Of a stretch of DNA of 64,000 bases, positions 18,920 through 29,395 are shown in pieces (position 1 is the stretch's first letter; each line of letters begins with the position of its first letter). The DNA comes from Bryobacterales bacterium. Its GTDB lineage: Bacteria > Acidobacteriota > Terriglobia > Bryobacterales > UBA6623. The translations under genes and the position numbers were made by a program. The notes below the pieces were generated by a model. The model ran no database searches, had not been told where the DNA came from, and saw only the letters and a program-made list of their open reading frames with translations. The DNA is taken from positions 1,088,001 through 1,152,000 of the forward strand of contig OY729428.2 in NCBI GenBank assembly GCA_963422375.2. The letters are read 5' to 3'.

Positions 18920-19813
18920 CTACGGTTCGACCACGACTCCGGCGAGCTCCTCGAAGAGCTTGAAGGCCGCGATGATGTCCTCGTCGCCGTGGCCGCGCGC
19001 GACGCCCGCCGTGAAGAGTTCGTGCACCAAGCCGGTTGACGGCAGCGGCACGCCGAGCTCCCGCCCCGACTCGAGCATGAGGCCGATGTCCTTGCGCATC
19101 CACTTCAGCGGGAACGCCGCGCCGAAGTCCCGCTTGAACACGTAAGGCGCCTTGAAGGCGATGAGGCCGGACTTGGCTGCCGAGTTGTCGAGGATGTCGA
19201 ACATCAGGTCGGGCGGCACGCCCGCCTTGGTCGCCAGCACCATGCCCTCTACGAAGCCTTGGAGCGTGTTGGCCAGCACGAGGTTCTGGGAGAGCTTGGC
19301 ATGCAAGCCCATGCCCTGGCCTCCGCAGTAGTACAGGTTCGTGCCCATGCACTCGAAGAAGGGTCGCGCGGTCTCGAAGACCTGCTCGTCGCCTCCGATC
19401 ATGAAGGTCAGCGTCCCGCCCTTGGCCCCAGGCGTGGAACCGGTGCAGGGGCTGTCCAGGTAGTGGCAGCCCTTGGCCTCGAACTTGGCCGCGATGCGGC
19501 GGGCCGTGCTAGGGCCGATCGTCGAGCAGTCGGCGACCACGGTCCCCGCGCCCGCCCCCGAGAGCACGCCGTTCTCGCCCGTGAGGACTTCCTCGGACAT
19601 GGCCGAGTCGCCGACGCAAAGGAAGATGCAGTCGGCGAACTCGCCCACCTCGGCGGGAGACCGGCAGAACCGGCCCGCGGGATCCGACGCAGCGAGGTCG
19701 CGGGCCTTGGATTCCGTGTGGCTCCAAAGGGCCACCTCGTGGCCGCCCGCCAGAAGGTGCTCGGCCATGGGCCTGCCCATGAGGCCGAGTCCGAGAAAAC
19801 CGAGTCTCGCCAT
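18920..19813 (-). CDS. NAD(P)-dependent beta-hydroxyacid dehydrogenase (3-hydroxyisobutyrate / tartronate-semialdehyde reductase family)
   Basis: GFLGLGLMGRPMA, DCSTIGP, LDSPCTGS and catalytic AKL.QN. Confidence 0.88.
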   Translation of the reverse strand: MARLGFLGLGLMGRPMAEHLLAGGHEVALWSHTESKARDLAASDPAGRFCRSPAEVGEFADCIFLCVGDSAMSEEVLTGENGVLSGAGAGTVVADCSTIGPSTARRIAAKFEAKGCHYLDSPCTGSTPGAKGGTLTFMIGGDEQVFETARPFFECMGTNLYYCGGQGMGLHAKLSQNLVLANTLQGFVEGMVLATKAGVPPDLMFDILDNSAAKSGLIAFKAPYVFKRDFGAAFPLKWMRKDIGLMLESGRELGVPLPSTGLVHELFTAGVARGHGDEDIIAAFKLFEELAGVVVEP

Positions 19814-20006
19814 ATCCGAGAATTGTACTGAACGCCGAGAGTCGGGCCGCCGCGCGGAGGGGGAGCGCGGGCGGCGATCCCGACAGCGGCCGCCACGCCT
19901 GTTAACGGAAGCCTGTTCCGGAGCGTCCAAGCAGGCAAGCGGCAGGACGCCGGAGAGCGGCGCGCAAGCTCGCGCCCGAGCGAATCCCGCCGAGAGGAGC
20001 ATCACA

Positions 20007-20768
20007 GTGCATCGAAAGCATCTCATCGTGGCGATCCTGGCCAGCGCGGCGTTGCTGGCTGCCGTCGCGTGCGACAGCGCGATCGGCTCGTCCTTTCGCG
20101 AGACCGAGCGACTGGAGCGCTCGTTCGCGCTCGAGCCGGGCGGGACCGTGGCGGTCAAGAACACCAACGGTTCCGTGCAGGTGACCGCTTCAGACGGCGA
20201 TGGCGTGGTCCTCCGCGCCACCAAGTCGGCACGGCGCAAGGACGATCTGGACAGGATCACCATCGCGATCGACACCTCGCCGGACAGGCTCGAAATCGAA
20301 ACCGAGATTCCGCGGGGTGCCAGGGGCAGCGTCTCCTACGATCTGGCCGTGCCGCGCGGGGCGAGGGTCGAAGCCGCCTCGGTCAACGGTTCCGTCCGGA
20401 TTCTCGGCACTGCGGCCGGGACCCGCGCCAGGACAGTCAACGGAGCGCTTACGATCTCGGAGATAGCCGGCAACCTGACGGCGAGAACCGTGAACGGCTC
20501 CCTGAGAGTGGAGTGGGCTAGCGTCGCCGGATCCACGAAGAACACCCTGCAAACCGTGAACGGCTCCCTGAAGGTCTGGCTGCCCGGCGACACGACCGGA
20601 GACTTCGAGGCGAAGACCGTGAACGGCTCGATTCGGACGGACCTTCCGCTGGAGATCCGCAAGGGACGCTGGGGTCGGCGTCCGTCCATCAACGACAGGA
20701 TCGGCGACGGCGGCCCGACCTTTGCGCTGTCCACGGTCAACGGCTCGATCAGCATCCTGAAGAACTGA
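20007..20768 (+). CDS. DUF4097-like beta-strand repeat lipoprotein
   Basis: GAGGAG then GTG start; lipobox-like AVAC; repeated TVNGS motifs. Confidence 0.8.
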   Translation: MHRKHLIVAILASAALLAAVACDSAIGSSFRETERLERSFALEPGGTVAVKNTNGSVQVTASDGDGVVLRATKSARRKDDLDRITIAIDTSPDRLEIETEIPRGARGSVSYDLAVPRGARVEAASVNGSVRILGTAAGTRARTVNGALTISEIAGNLTARTVNGSLRVEWASVAGSTKNTLQTVNGSLKVWLPGDTTGDFEAKTVNGSIRTDLPLEIRKGRWGRRPSINDRIGDGGPTFALSTVNGSISILKN

Positions 20769-20821
20769 CCGGCCCGCGGAAACGGCGGAGGGCGCACGGC
20801 GATCCACAAGCGGTTGCGGGC

Positions 20822-21817
20822 GTGTGCGAAAATGCCACCGCCGTGCCCCAGTCGGTCCTCGTCAGCCAGCACGTCTACCGAGAGGCCGTCGATTTCCTAG
20901 CCGAGCGGTTCGACCTGGACTACAACGATTCCGACGAGAGCCTTCCGCCCGCCAGCTTGCGGGCGCGCCTGGCAAGCAAGCACGGTCTCCTCTGCCAGCT
21001 CACCGACCGCGTGGACGCGCCGCTGATGGACGCGGTTCCGAGCGTGAGGGTGGTCTCGAACGTGGCGGTCGGATTCGACAACATCGACCTACCCGCGGCG
21101 ACCGAGCGAGGCATCATCGTCACCAACACGCCAGGCGTACTGACCAACACCACGGCGGACCTGGCATTCGCACTGATCCTCGGAGCCGGCAGGCGTCTGG
21201 GGGAGGCCGAGCGGTACCTGCGGTCGGGGCGCTACCGGCAGTGGCGGATCGACCTCATGACGGGCTGGGACATCTGGGGCTCCACACTCGGAGTCTTCGG
21301 CATGGGGCGCATCGGGCAGGCGGTGGCTCGGCGGGCGCGCGGCTTCAGCATGCGCGTGCTGTACTACGATCCGTTCCGGCAGGCCGAGGAGGTCGAGCGG
21401 GAGCTCGGCGTCGAGTACGCGTCGAAGGAGGAGATTCTAGGGCAGGCCGACTTCCTGACCCTGCACTGCGCGCTGAGCCCTGCGACCCGGCACCTAATCG
21501 GCGGCGCCGAGCTGCAAGCGATGAAGCCGACAGCGGTCCTCGTGAACACCTCACGGGGTCCGGCCGTGGACGAGTCCGCGCTCGCCGACGCCCTGGAGGC
21601 CGGGTCGATCGCAGCGGCCGGCCTCGACGTGTTCGAGCACGAGCCGCGAGTGCATCCGAAGCTGCTCGAGCTCGAGAACGCGCTGATCGTGCCGCATATC
21701 GCCAGCGCTTCCGTGGCCACGCGCACCCGCATGTGCCTGCTCGCCGCCGAGAACATGGCCGCCGGTCTCGCCGAGCAGGCCCCTCCCAACATCGTCAACC
21801 CCTCCGTGCTGGGCTGA
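20822..21817 (+). CDS. D-glycerate dehydrogenase / glyoxylate reductase (D-2-hydroxyacid dehydrogenase family)
   Basis: AVGFDNID, NTPGVLT, GMGRIG, NTSRG, LDVFEHEP, PHIASA. Confidence 0.9.
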   Translation: MCENATAVPQSVLVSQHVYREAVDFLAERFDLDYNDSDESLPPASLRARLASKHGLLCQLTDRVDAPLMDAVPSVRVVSNVAVGFDNIDLPAATERGIIVTNTPGVLTNTTADLAFALILGAGRRLGEAERYLRSGRYRQWRIDLMTGWDIWGSTLGVFGMGRIGQAVARRARGFSMRVLYYDPFRQAEEVERELGVEYASKEEILGQADFLTLHCALSPATRHLIGGAELQAMKPTAVLVNTSRGPAVDESALADALEAGSIAAAGLDVFEHEPRVHPKLLELENALIVPHIASASVATRTRMCLLAAENMAAGLAEQAPPNIVNPSVLG

Positions 21818-21823
21818 CGCGCG

Positions 21824-23143
21824 GTGATGACGGTGAAGGATACGCTCGTTCGCCTGTTCCGCGAGACCTTGGAGGAGGCCTCCGTGCCGCGCGTTATGGC
21901 AGCCAAGGTCCGGCGCGACGGCGGAACGCTGGTCGCCGGCACCGAGCGGGCCGACCTGGACGCCGCGAGCCGCATCTTCGTAGCGGCCATCGGCAAGGCT
22001 GCCCTTCCCATGAGCGACGCACTGGCGGCAGCCCTGGCGGCGGGCAGGGCGACCTTCGACGTCGTCGCGCCGAATGTGGCGAGCTCGTTCGATCCGGCCT
22101 TCCGGACGTTCCAAGGGGGCCATCCCTATCCCTCCTCGGAAAGCGAGGCCGCGGCCAAGCACGTCCTGGCGCGGGCGACCAGCCTAGGGCCTCAGGACCT
22201 CTTCATCTGCCTGCTCTCCGGAGGCGGGTCTGCGATCTGCGAGGCCCCGCTGGACCCGCGCATCTCGCTCCGCGACATGCGACGCTTCTACGAGGTCCTA
22301 GTCACCTGCGGCGCGAACATCGTCGAGATGAACGTGCTGCGCAAGCACCTGTCCCTGATCAAGGGCGGCCGTCTGGCGCAGGCCGCCAGCCCGGCCCGGC
22401 AGCTGACGCTGTACGTCTCGGACGTTCCTCCGGGGGAGCCATCCACGGTGGCGTCCGGGCCCACCATGCCGGATGAGTCCACCTGCGAGGACGCGTACGC
22501 CATCGCCGAGCGCTTGGGAATCGTCTCGCGGCTGCCGAGGTCGGTCAGGGCGCTCTTCAGGGGGCGCGGCCTCCCTGAAACGCCCAAGCCGGGCAGCGTG
22601 GCGTTCGAGCGCAGCCAGTGGGCCTGCCTGCTCGACAACGCCGAGGTCCTGGACCGTCTAGAAGCCCGGGCGCGGGCGCTGGGCTGGTTGGCGGAGCGCG
22701 ACCTGAGCGTGGACGACCTCGAGGTCCAAGCGGCGGCCGACACGCTGCTCGACAGGCTGGACGCCTTGCGGCGGGCCCATCCCGGACGGACGGTCGCGGT
22801 CACCACGGGTGGCGAGCTGAGCAGCCCGGTGAAGGGGTCGGGGATGGGAGGCCGTAACCAAGCATTCGTGCTCTGGGCGGTCAAGAAGGCTGCGGAGCGC
22901 GGCATGCGCGCCGCCGTTCTCAGCGCGGGCACTGACGGGATCGACGGCAACTCGACGGCAGCGGGGGCGGTAGCGGACGAGGTCACGGCGCGGCGGGCCG
23001 CGACCCTCGGAATGGACCTGATGGACCACGAGCGGCGGTCTGACTCGTACCGGTTCTTCCAGCGCCTCGGCGACGCGATCGTGACCGGCCCGACCGGAAA
23101 CAACGTGCGCGACTTGCGGATGCTAGTCGCGGGTTACTCGTGA
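21824..23143 (+). CDS. Glycerate 2-kinase (DUF4147/MOFRL, TtuD-like)
   Basis: GKAA, GHPYP, LSGGGSA, RKHLS.IKGG, SGPT, GGRNQ, GTDGIDG, TGPTGNNVRD. Confidence 0.92.
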   Translation: MMTVKDTLVRLFRETLEEASVPRVMAAKVRRDGGTLVAGTERADLDAASRIFVAAIGKAALPMSDALAAALAAGRATFDVVAPNVASSFDPAFRTFQGGHPYPSSESEAAAKHVLARATSLGPQDLFICLLSGGGSAICEAPLDPRISLRDMRRFYEVLVTCGANIVEMNVLRKHLSLIKGGRLAQAASPARQLTLYVSDVPPGEPSTVASGPTMPDESTCEDAYAIAERLGIVSRLPRSVRALFRGRGLPETPKPGSVAFERSQWACLLDNAEVLDRLEARARALGWLAERDLSVDDLEVQAAADTLLDRLDALRRAHPGRTVAVTTGGELSSPVKGSGMGGRNQAFVLWAVKKAAERGMRAAVLSAGTDGIDGNSTAAGAVADEVTARRAATLGMDLMDHERRSDSYRFFQRLGDAIVTGPTGNNVRDLRMLVAGYS

Positions 23144-23262
23144 GCGCCGTGCGACGGGCGCGGGCCGGGCGGCAGCCAAGTGCTGCAATGGATTGGCGAG
23201 GCCGCCCGGGCGCATATCATGCTCCGGTTCCCGGCCGGCCCGCGACCCTCAGGAGGATGAAC

Positions 23263-24651
23263 ATGCGGAATCTGACACTGGCCCTGACGCTGGCCCTTGC
23301 CTGCGTCGCCACCGCGGCGGGCAAGCCGAATCTCGTGCTGATATTCGTCGACGACCTCGGCTACGCCGACATCGGCCCGTTCGGATCGACCCTTCACCGG
23401 ACGCCGCATCTGGACCGCATGGCGGCCGAGGGCCGCAAGCTAACGGGCTTCTACGTAAGCGCGAACGTCTGCACGCCGTCCCGCAGCTCCCTGATGACCG
23501 GCAGGTATCCCCGCCGGGTCGGCCTCGACGAGAACGAGAAGGGCCAGTGGGTGCTGTTCCCCGGGAACCGGGAGGGCCTGCATCCGGACGAGGTCACGAT
23601 GGCCGAGGTGCTGAAGGAGGCCGGCTACCGGACCGCCTGCGTCGGCAAGTGGCATCTGGGCGACCAGCGGGAATTCCTCCCCACGCGGCAGGGATTCGAC
23701 GCGTACTTCGGCATTCCGTACTCGAACGACATGGGCCACGACTCCCGCAGGCAGCCCTACCGCTATCCGCCGCTGCCCCTGCTGCGCATGGAGGAGGTGA
23801 TCGAGAGCGAGCCCGACCAGAGGTACATCACCAAGCGGTACACGGAGGAGGCTCTCGACTTCATCGAGCGCAACAAGGACGGGCCGTTCTTCCTGTACCT
23901 GGCCCACACGATGCCGCACTGGCCGCAGTACGCCTCGGAGGCGTTCGCCGGCAAGTCGCGGAACGGCGCGTGGGGGGACTCGGTCGAGGAGCTCGACTGG
24001 TCGACCGGCCAGGTTCTGGCCAAGCTGGCGGAGCTGGGCATCGACGGCAACACCCTTGTCGTGTTCACGTCCGACAACGGCGGAGCGACCCGCCACGGCG
24101 CGAGCAACGCGCCGCTCCGCGGCGGCAAGGGCACGACCTGGGAGGGCGGGCACCGGGTCTGCTTCCTTGCCCGCTGGCCGGGGCGCATACCGGCCGGCAC
24201 CGCCAGCGACGAGCTGGCCGTGTCATTCGACCTCCTGCCTACGTTCGCGAAGCTCGCGGGCGCGCAGCTCCCAGCGGACCGGATCATCGACGGCAAGGAC
24301 ATCGGCCCGCTGCTGGAAGGCGAGCCGGGCATCCCCACGCCGCACGTCGCGTACTACTACTTCTACATGGCGCACCTCAACGCGGTGCGCAGCGGGCGCT
24401 GGAAGCTGCACGTAGCGAGGAAAGGCGGGCGCCACCCGGAATACGAGCCGAATCCGGTCCTCGAGCTCTACGACCTCGCGACGGACATCGGGGAATCCCG
24501 GAACGTCGCGGGGGCCTACCCGCAGGTGGTGGAGCGCCTCCGGGCGCTCGCGGAAGCGGCAAGGGCGGATCTCGGCGACGGGCGCAGGGCGGGCACGAAC
24601 ACCCAGCCGCCGGGAGTCGTGAAGCGCGCGGAGACGCTCACCTCGAACTGA
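23263..24651 (+). CDS. Formylglycine-dependent sulfatase
   Basis: AGGAGG ribosome site and signal peptide; DDLGY, CTPSRSSLMTG (CxPxR), GKWHLG, SDNG. Confidence 0.93.
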   Translation: MRNLTLALTLALACVATAAGKPNLVLIFVDDLGYADIGPFGSTLHRTPHLDRMAAEGRKLTGFYVSANVCTPSRSSLMTGRYPRRVGLDENEKGQWVLFPGNREGLHPDEVTMAEVLKEAGYRTACVGKWHLGDQREFLPTRQGFDAYFGIPYSNDMGHDSRRQPYRYPPLPLLRMEEVIESEPDQRYITKRYTEEALDFIERNKDGPFFLYLAHTMPHWPQYASEAFAGKSRNGAWGDSVEELDWSTGQVLAKLAELGIDGNTLVVFTSDNGGATRHGASNAPLRGGKGTTWEGGHRVCFLARWPGRIPAGTASDELAVSFDLLPTFAKLAGAQLPADRIIDGKDIGPLLEGEPGIPTPHVAYYYFYMAHLNAVRSGRWKLHVARKGGRHPEYEPNPVLELYDLATDIGESRNVAGAYPQVVERLRALAEAARADLGDGRRAGTNTQPPGVVKRAETLTSN

Positions 24652-24859
24652 AGCCGCGCGACAGGACGGAGAGAGAGCGGCGATATCGGAGGACGCCCAG
24701 CGCTTTCTCCGCCGAGCGCTGTAGGGTCGCCAAGAGCCGAATCGCGATGCCGTGAATTCTCGGATGATCGCTACTCGCCTTGACCGCCACTGCCTGCACT
24801 GGGAATCATGCCGACTGTTGCCGCCCGGAACTGAGGGCTAGGCGAGCCCGCTAACGGGA

Positions 24860-26880
24860 AACACTCCTGAGGTCATCCTCAACGCCGAACTTGCGGCATC
24901 GCTGCGGCAACGGGGGCTAGAGGCCGAATCGGAACAATCGCTGCAAGCCGGCACTCGGCGCCATCAAATCGACGTGCTGGTGGAACTCGGCGAATTCGCC
25001 GTGCCAATCGAGGCGGAGTTCGCACCTGCTCGCGCCGTTCGAGAGGACACGGAAAAGCGCCTGCCAAGGTTTCCGCTACTATGGCGAGGCCTTGCCATTG
25101 ATTTCGTATTCGCGGTGGTCTACCCGGAGCAATTCAAGCGAATCCCAGAGAGCCGCGCGAAGGACAAACTGGCCAGTTGCGATTCGCTCGAATTCGAGAG
25201 ACTGTACCGAAGAGAGCAGACCGGCACATCGGAATCCCGGCCAGGTCACGTGTCGGGGACCCGGCAGCGACGCTCGGTTGCCACCTTGGCCGAGTACCTG
25301 CACCACCTGTGGATCGGTAGCGCCAAGAGCGGTTCGGTGAAGGAGACGGTCAGCAAAGCCTCTTCCCCCATCGGGCAGGCCCGCGACATGCTCAGGCCAG
25401 AGTCCCAGTCTCACCCTTTCTCGGCAGTCGACGGCGATCCCGAGTCAACCACCGCTCTGGTCTGGCTGAACGCCGTGTTGTTCCAAGAATTGCTGGCCGA
25501 GCATCGTGACGCGTCACATTTGCCCCGCGCCCTCCGCGACATCCGTATCCCGAAGCCTGATCCCGAAGGCCGGCCGACTGTCCTGCTCGGTCAATGGAAG
25601 ACGATCCTTCGCGTCAACTGGTGACCGGTAATCCAAGTGGCGCACGAGGCATTGAATGTCACCCCTTCGAGGCAGGCTTCGCTCGCGCTACGAGAGCTCG
25701 TCGAGACAGCTTCGGAGATCGCGAGCCAGGGAGTGACCCGAAGGCACACTATTGCAGGCAGAATCTTCCTTAGGCTTCTCGGCACGAGGAAGTTCCTAGC
25801 CACCAACTACACTAGTGCCCGTGACAAAACTCGTATCCCCTTGACAACAAAGGTGTTAGGTCCAATCTCTCAAGGCGAAGATTTCGCTGGAATGCTACGA
25901 CTAATCCGAAATCCTGGCGATTCTGGGTAGAGCGCGGAAATCTTCGCGATTGGCGTCTGAGTAACTTCCGACCTTGGGCCCTATATATTGTGTTTGGAGA
26001 TCCATCCGACCTCAGGATGTAGTATGAAATGCTGATCGGGCCAGAATTCAGGGGTTTTGTCACAAGCACTACACTACGATCCCCGCCGCAGTCCTGCACG
26101 CCGGGAGGGCGGGCGGCCGGATCGCGCTTGTGCTGCCGGCAACCGTACTGACGGGGAGCCGATGGGCTCCGATCCGCGCAACGCTTCTCGCGGAATTCGA
26201 CGTTGAGTGGGTGGTAGTGAGCCATGACAGCAGGCACCGGTCCGGGAAAGGCGATCTACGGGGAAGACATTGGGTCGCTTTCTCGGAATCGACCCGGATG
26301 GCCGACGCGCTGATCATTGCCAAGAAGAGGCGTTCGGGAGGGTGCCGGGAGACACGCGTCACGCGCTTAGTCAACCTTCGGCGCAACCCGGACGAGGTAA
26401 TTGACGCGATGGCGATCACGAGAGCGCTGCTCGAGAACTCCAGACGTGCCACAGTCGGCCCGCAGGCCGAAATCCTTGTCGGTGATCAGACATGGGGCGA
26501 GATTCTCGCGGTCACGCAGTCGCATCTCGGCAAGGGGCCGTGGACCGACGGGACGTTCTCACAGGGTCGCTTGGTCAAGACTTCTCCGGATCCTGCATGC
26601 AAACAGCCCGTACCTAGGACGAAGCTCGCTTCCCCATCAACTCGCCCGACACCTTCCCGTCCTGCACTTGGGCTCGCTGACGGAATCGCAACGGCAGGCA
26701 GCAGCCGGCCTGTTCGAAGATCTGAAGCACAGGAAGCTGGAAGCCTTCGCGACCTTGGCCAGCGACATGACCCGGAGGGAACTCGACCGCCGGCTGTTCT
26801 CCGAGGTTCTCGGCCAGGAGGCCGGGCCCGAGCTAGACCGGCTGGCCAGCACCCCGAACAAGGAACCCGCAATGACCACG
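24860..26880 (+). pseudogene. Decayed fused (type IIG-like) restriction-modification enzyme
   Basis: N-terminal IDVLV...IEAEF nuclease-like motif; stop at 25622; KFLATNYT|TIPAAVL split by a MITE; the SAM-binding and NPPF core appears deleted; GGRIALVLP...FSEST and a C-terminal tail remain in different frames. Confidence 0.65.
25813..26071. mobile_element. 259-bp MITE, copy 1
   Basis: Terminal inverted repeats TAGTGCCCGTGACAAAAC / GTTTTGTCACAAGCACTA, duplicated flank (TACACTA on both sides), near-identical copy at 54060. Confidence 0.9.
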
Positions 26881-26941
26881 AGGCATCCGAACTCGCTGCC
26901 GACGCTCTCGCGGCACCCAAGCCGAACGGGTGCCTCGGGCG

Positions 26942-29395
26942 TCACTCGTAGGTCACGAAGAACGGCGACGTCCATGCGATCTCGGGGTCCCCGCCGGATG
27001 CCTCGGTGTCCCGTTGGAACACACGGACGTAGTAGTAGGTCTCGCCCGGTTCGGGCTCGGCGTCCTTGTACGACAGCGTCGCCTTCCGCCCTCCGGGCCT
27101 CTGCGTGTAAACGTACTCGCCGTTCTTGACCACGTCGATTCGCAGGATCTCGTCCGGGGCCTCCACCTCGACCGCGATCTCGGGCGGCGCCGAGACGCTC
27201 GCCGACAACTCTTGGCCGACCATGCGCCCGTCCGCCGTGGCTCTGACCAGGATCTCGTCGCTCGCGGCGTACGTGCGCCTCGCGAGCATGGCGTCAAACA
27301 GGGACGCGCGCGAAGCCTCCTCGGCCCATACGGCGGCCCACGAGTTGTGCGTCGAACCGTGGTCGCTGAACGAGACGAAGCCGTAGCGATGGCCCTTGTT
27401 CAGGGCGTCCTGGGCGAAGTGCCCGGGCTGGTCCGTCTGCGTGCCGCCGCGCTTCTCGCCGTCCGGCGCCTGCCAGCGCTCGTAGCTCCCGCGGGCCCCC
27501 TGGTACAGCTCTAGCAGGCAGTCCATCGGGGCCGGCGTCCAATTCCAGTCTGCGAGAGGGCCGGCGGCGAACGTGTGCGGCACAATCACCGTCTTCTGGC
27601 CGTTCCGGGACAAGACCTTCTCGCGCATCCACTCCCACATCGTGGGCGGGGAATTATCGGGCGCATCGCGACCCTTCGCGCGGTCGATGGGCCGCAGCGG
27701 GCCGCCGCGCTGCAGGTACAGCACGTTGCGGTGCCCGCCCGGACGCATCATCGAGTGCTCGTAGGTGTAGATGCCCCAGAACTTCGGCGCGTGCGTGTAG
27801 ACGTCGACCAGCTTTTGCGCGTACCACCACTGGTAGTCGCGCAGGGAGTCCGGCCAGCGACCGCCGAAGACCTCGTTATGATCACTCGGGCCGACGAAGT
27901 CCATGCTCGCCGCGTCCAGCGCGTAGCGGTAGGTATCCTCGATCGACCCGTCCACGGCGCTGTGGCCGCGCACGTCGGTGTGGCGGTGGCAGTCGCCCAG
28001 CAGCAGCGAATAGGTCTTCCCGCCGGCGGTCATGCGCGCCCGCGCGCGGTGCTCGTAGCCCTTTCCGGGGGCGGCCACGTCTACCGGAACGAGCGTCGGC
28101 CCCGATGACTGCGCCTGCTCCAGCGAAGCCGCGTAGACGTTGTAGTGCAGCGCGTGCATCTGGCTGGTCGGCAGGTTCTCCGGCGACCGCAGGTCGCTGG
28201 AAAAGGCCAGCTGCAGCGTGCCGTCCGGAGCGGTGTCGACCGAAGTGCGCTGCGTGTTGCGGCCCGAACTGTTCTCCATCAGAACGGGATCCGTCCAGCC
28301 CTCGTCTCCCAGCCGGGTCGCGTACACGTGATACATCTCGTGGGGCTTGCGGATCGTCCAGTGCCGGAAGACAACCCAGACGGAGCCCCCTCCGTCGACG
28401 GCCACGGTCGGCAGTTCGGCGAACCGGGTCATGCGGCCCGCGAGAATCTCGCGGATGTCGGCCGCCGGCGCGGAGACACGGCCGCCGGAGTAGACGCGCA
28501 GCCCGAGACCTCTTCTGGCGTGCAGCCCCTCGCTGCCCTCGACCTCGCTGGAGGTGGAGTAGTCCTTGCCCCAGTTCTCGCGTGCGGTGTCGTAGGCGAC
28601 CCAAACGCGGTCCGTCGAATCGACAGCGACACTGGAGTGGAATTGCGCCTGCGGGCCCGTCGCGACCGCGACCGGCTCCCCAGCCTGCCGCCCGTCGAAC
28701 GATGCGAGGAACACGTCGTAATTACCCGCGTGGTAGCTGTCCCAGGCAATCCAGGCCGTGCCCGTGCCGTCGATCGCCAGGGCCGGCTCCCAGTCGTTGG
28801 CACCTGACGGAGAGATTCTGACCTCGGGACCCCATCCGGACTTGGTGCGCCGTCGGGCGTAGATCTCCCCTTGGAGCTCTCGGAACGATTGCCAAGCGAC
28901 CGTCACGTCGCCGCTCGAGTCGGCCGCCGCCGTGGCGTGGAAGTCGCTGTGGTCGCCGGACGCGACGCTCTCGACCGGGCCGACCGCGCCGCTGTCGCGG
29001 ACCATGGCGGCGAACAGGTCAAAGCTTCCGCCCTTCCCGCCCGACCAGACGACCAAGGCTCCGCCGGGCACGGCCGCAATGTCCGGCAGGTAGTGATCCC
29101 AGTTGCCGTCGTCAAGACGCACCGGCGCGCCCCAAGCTCCGTCGGGGTCCCGCCGACGAACGACAACGGTATCGGCGGCGTCACCGTCCCATTCCACATA
29201 AGCCAGCCAGAGGCTGCCGTCCGCCCCGCTGGCGACGGCGGGCCAGTCCGCCGTCTTGCCGGCCTCCGAGACCCTATCGGAGGGTACTTCGCCAGCGATC
29301 TCGGCAGGGGGCAGATCGGCTTGCGGGACCTCGACCTCAACCCGCTCGCAGGTCGCGAGAGGAAACGCTAGGGCAACCAAGGCTAGGACTCGCAT
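26942..29395 (-). CDS. Secreted beta-propeller plus PHP-like (DUF3604 / CehA-McbA-like) metallohydrolase
   Basis: Lipoprotein-like N-terminus; repeated P.(V/L)A.D..G..W.AW blades; GDCHRHT, SDHN, GHRN, PHT and SDH metal-ligand motifs. Confidence 0.75.
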   Translation of the reverse strand: MRVLALVALAFPLATCERVEVEVPQADLPPAEIAGEVPSDRVSEAGKTADWPAVASGADGSLWLAYVEWDGDAADTVVVRRRDPDGAWGAPVRLDDGNWDHYLPDIAAVPGGALVVWSGGKGGSFDLFAAMVRDSGAVGPVESVASGDHSDFHATAAADSSGDVTVAWQSFRELQGEIYARRRTKSGWGPEVRISPSGANDWEPALAIDGTGTAWIAWDSYHAGNYDVFLASFDGRQAGEPVAVATGPQAQFHSSVAVDSTDRVWVAYDTARENWGKDYSTSSEVEGSEGLHARRGLGLRVYSGGRVSAPAADIREILAGRMTRFAELPTVAVDGGGSVWVVFRHWTIRKPHEMYHVYATRLGDEGWTDPVLMENSSGRNTQRTSVDTAPDGTLQLAFSSDLRSPENLPTSQMHALHYNVYAASLEQAQSSGPTLVPVDVAAPGKGYEHRARARMTAGGKTYSLLLGDCHRHTDVRGHSAVDGSIEDTYRYALDAASMDFVGPSDHNEVFGGRWPDSLRDYQWWYAQKLVDVYTHAPKFWGIYTYEHSMMRPGGHRNVLYLQRGGPLRPIDRAKGRDAPDNSPPTMWEWMREKVLSRNGQKTVIVPHTFAAGPLADWNWTPAPMDCLLELYQGARGSYERWQAPDGEKRGGTQTDQPGHFAQDALNKGHRYGFVSFSDHGSTHNSWAAVWAEEASRASLFDAMLARRTYAASDEILVRATADGRMVGQELSASVSAPPEIAVEVEAPDEILRIDVVKNGEYVYTQRPGGRKATLSYKDAEPEPGETYYYVRVFQRDTEASGGDPEIAWTSPFFVTYE

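Noticed and set aside
25841..25870. Sigma70 promoter in the MITE (TTGACA)
   Set aside because: No convincing -10 box at 16-18 bp spacing.
25812..26237. ORFs 25812..26237 and 54059..54316 as a duplicated protein gene
   Set aside because: They are antisense read-outs of the MITE with no protein motifs.
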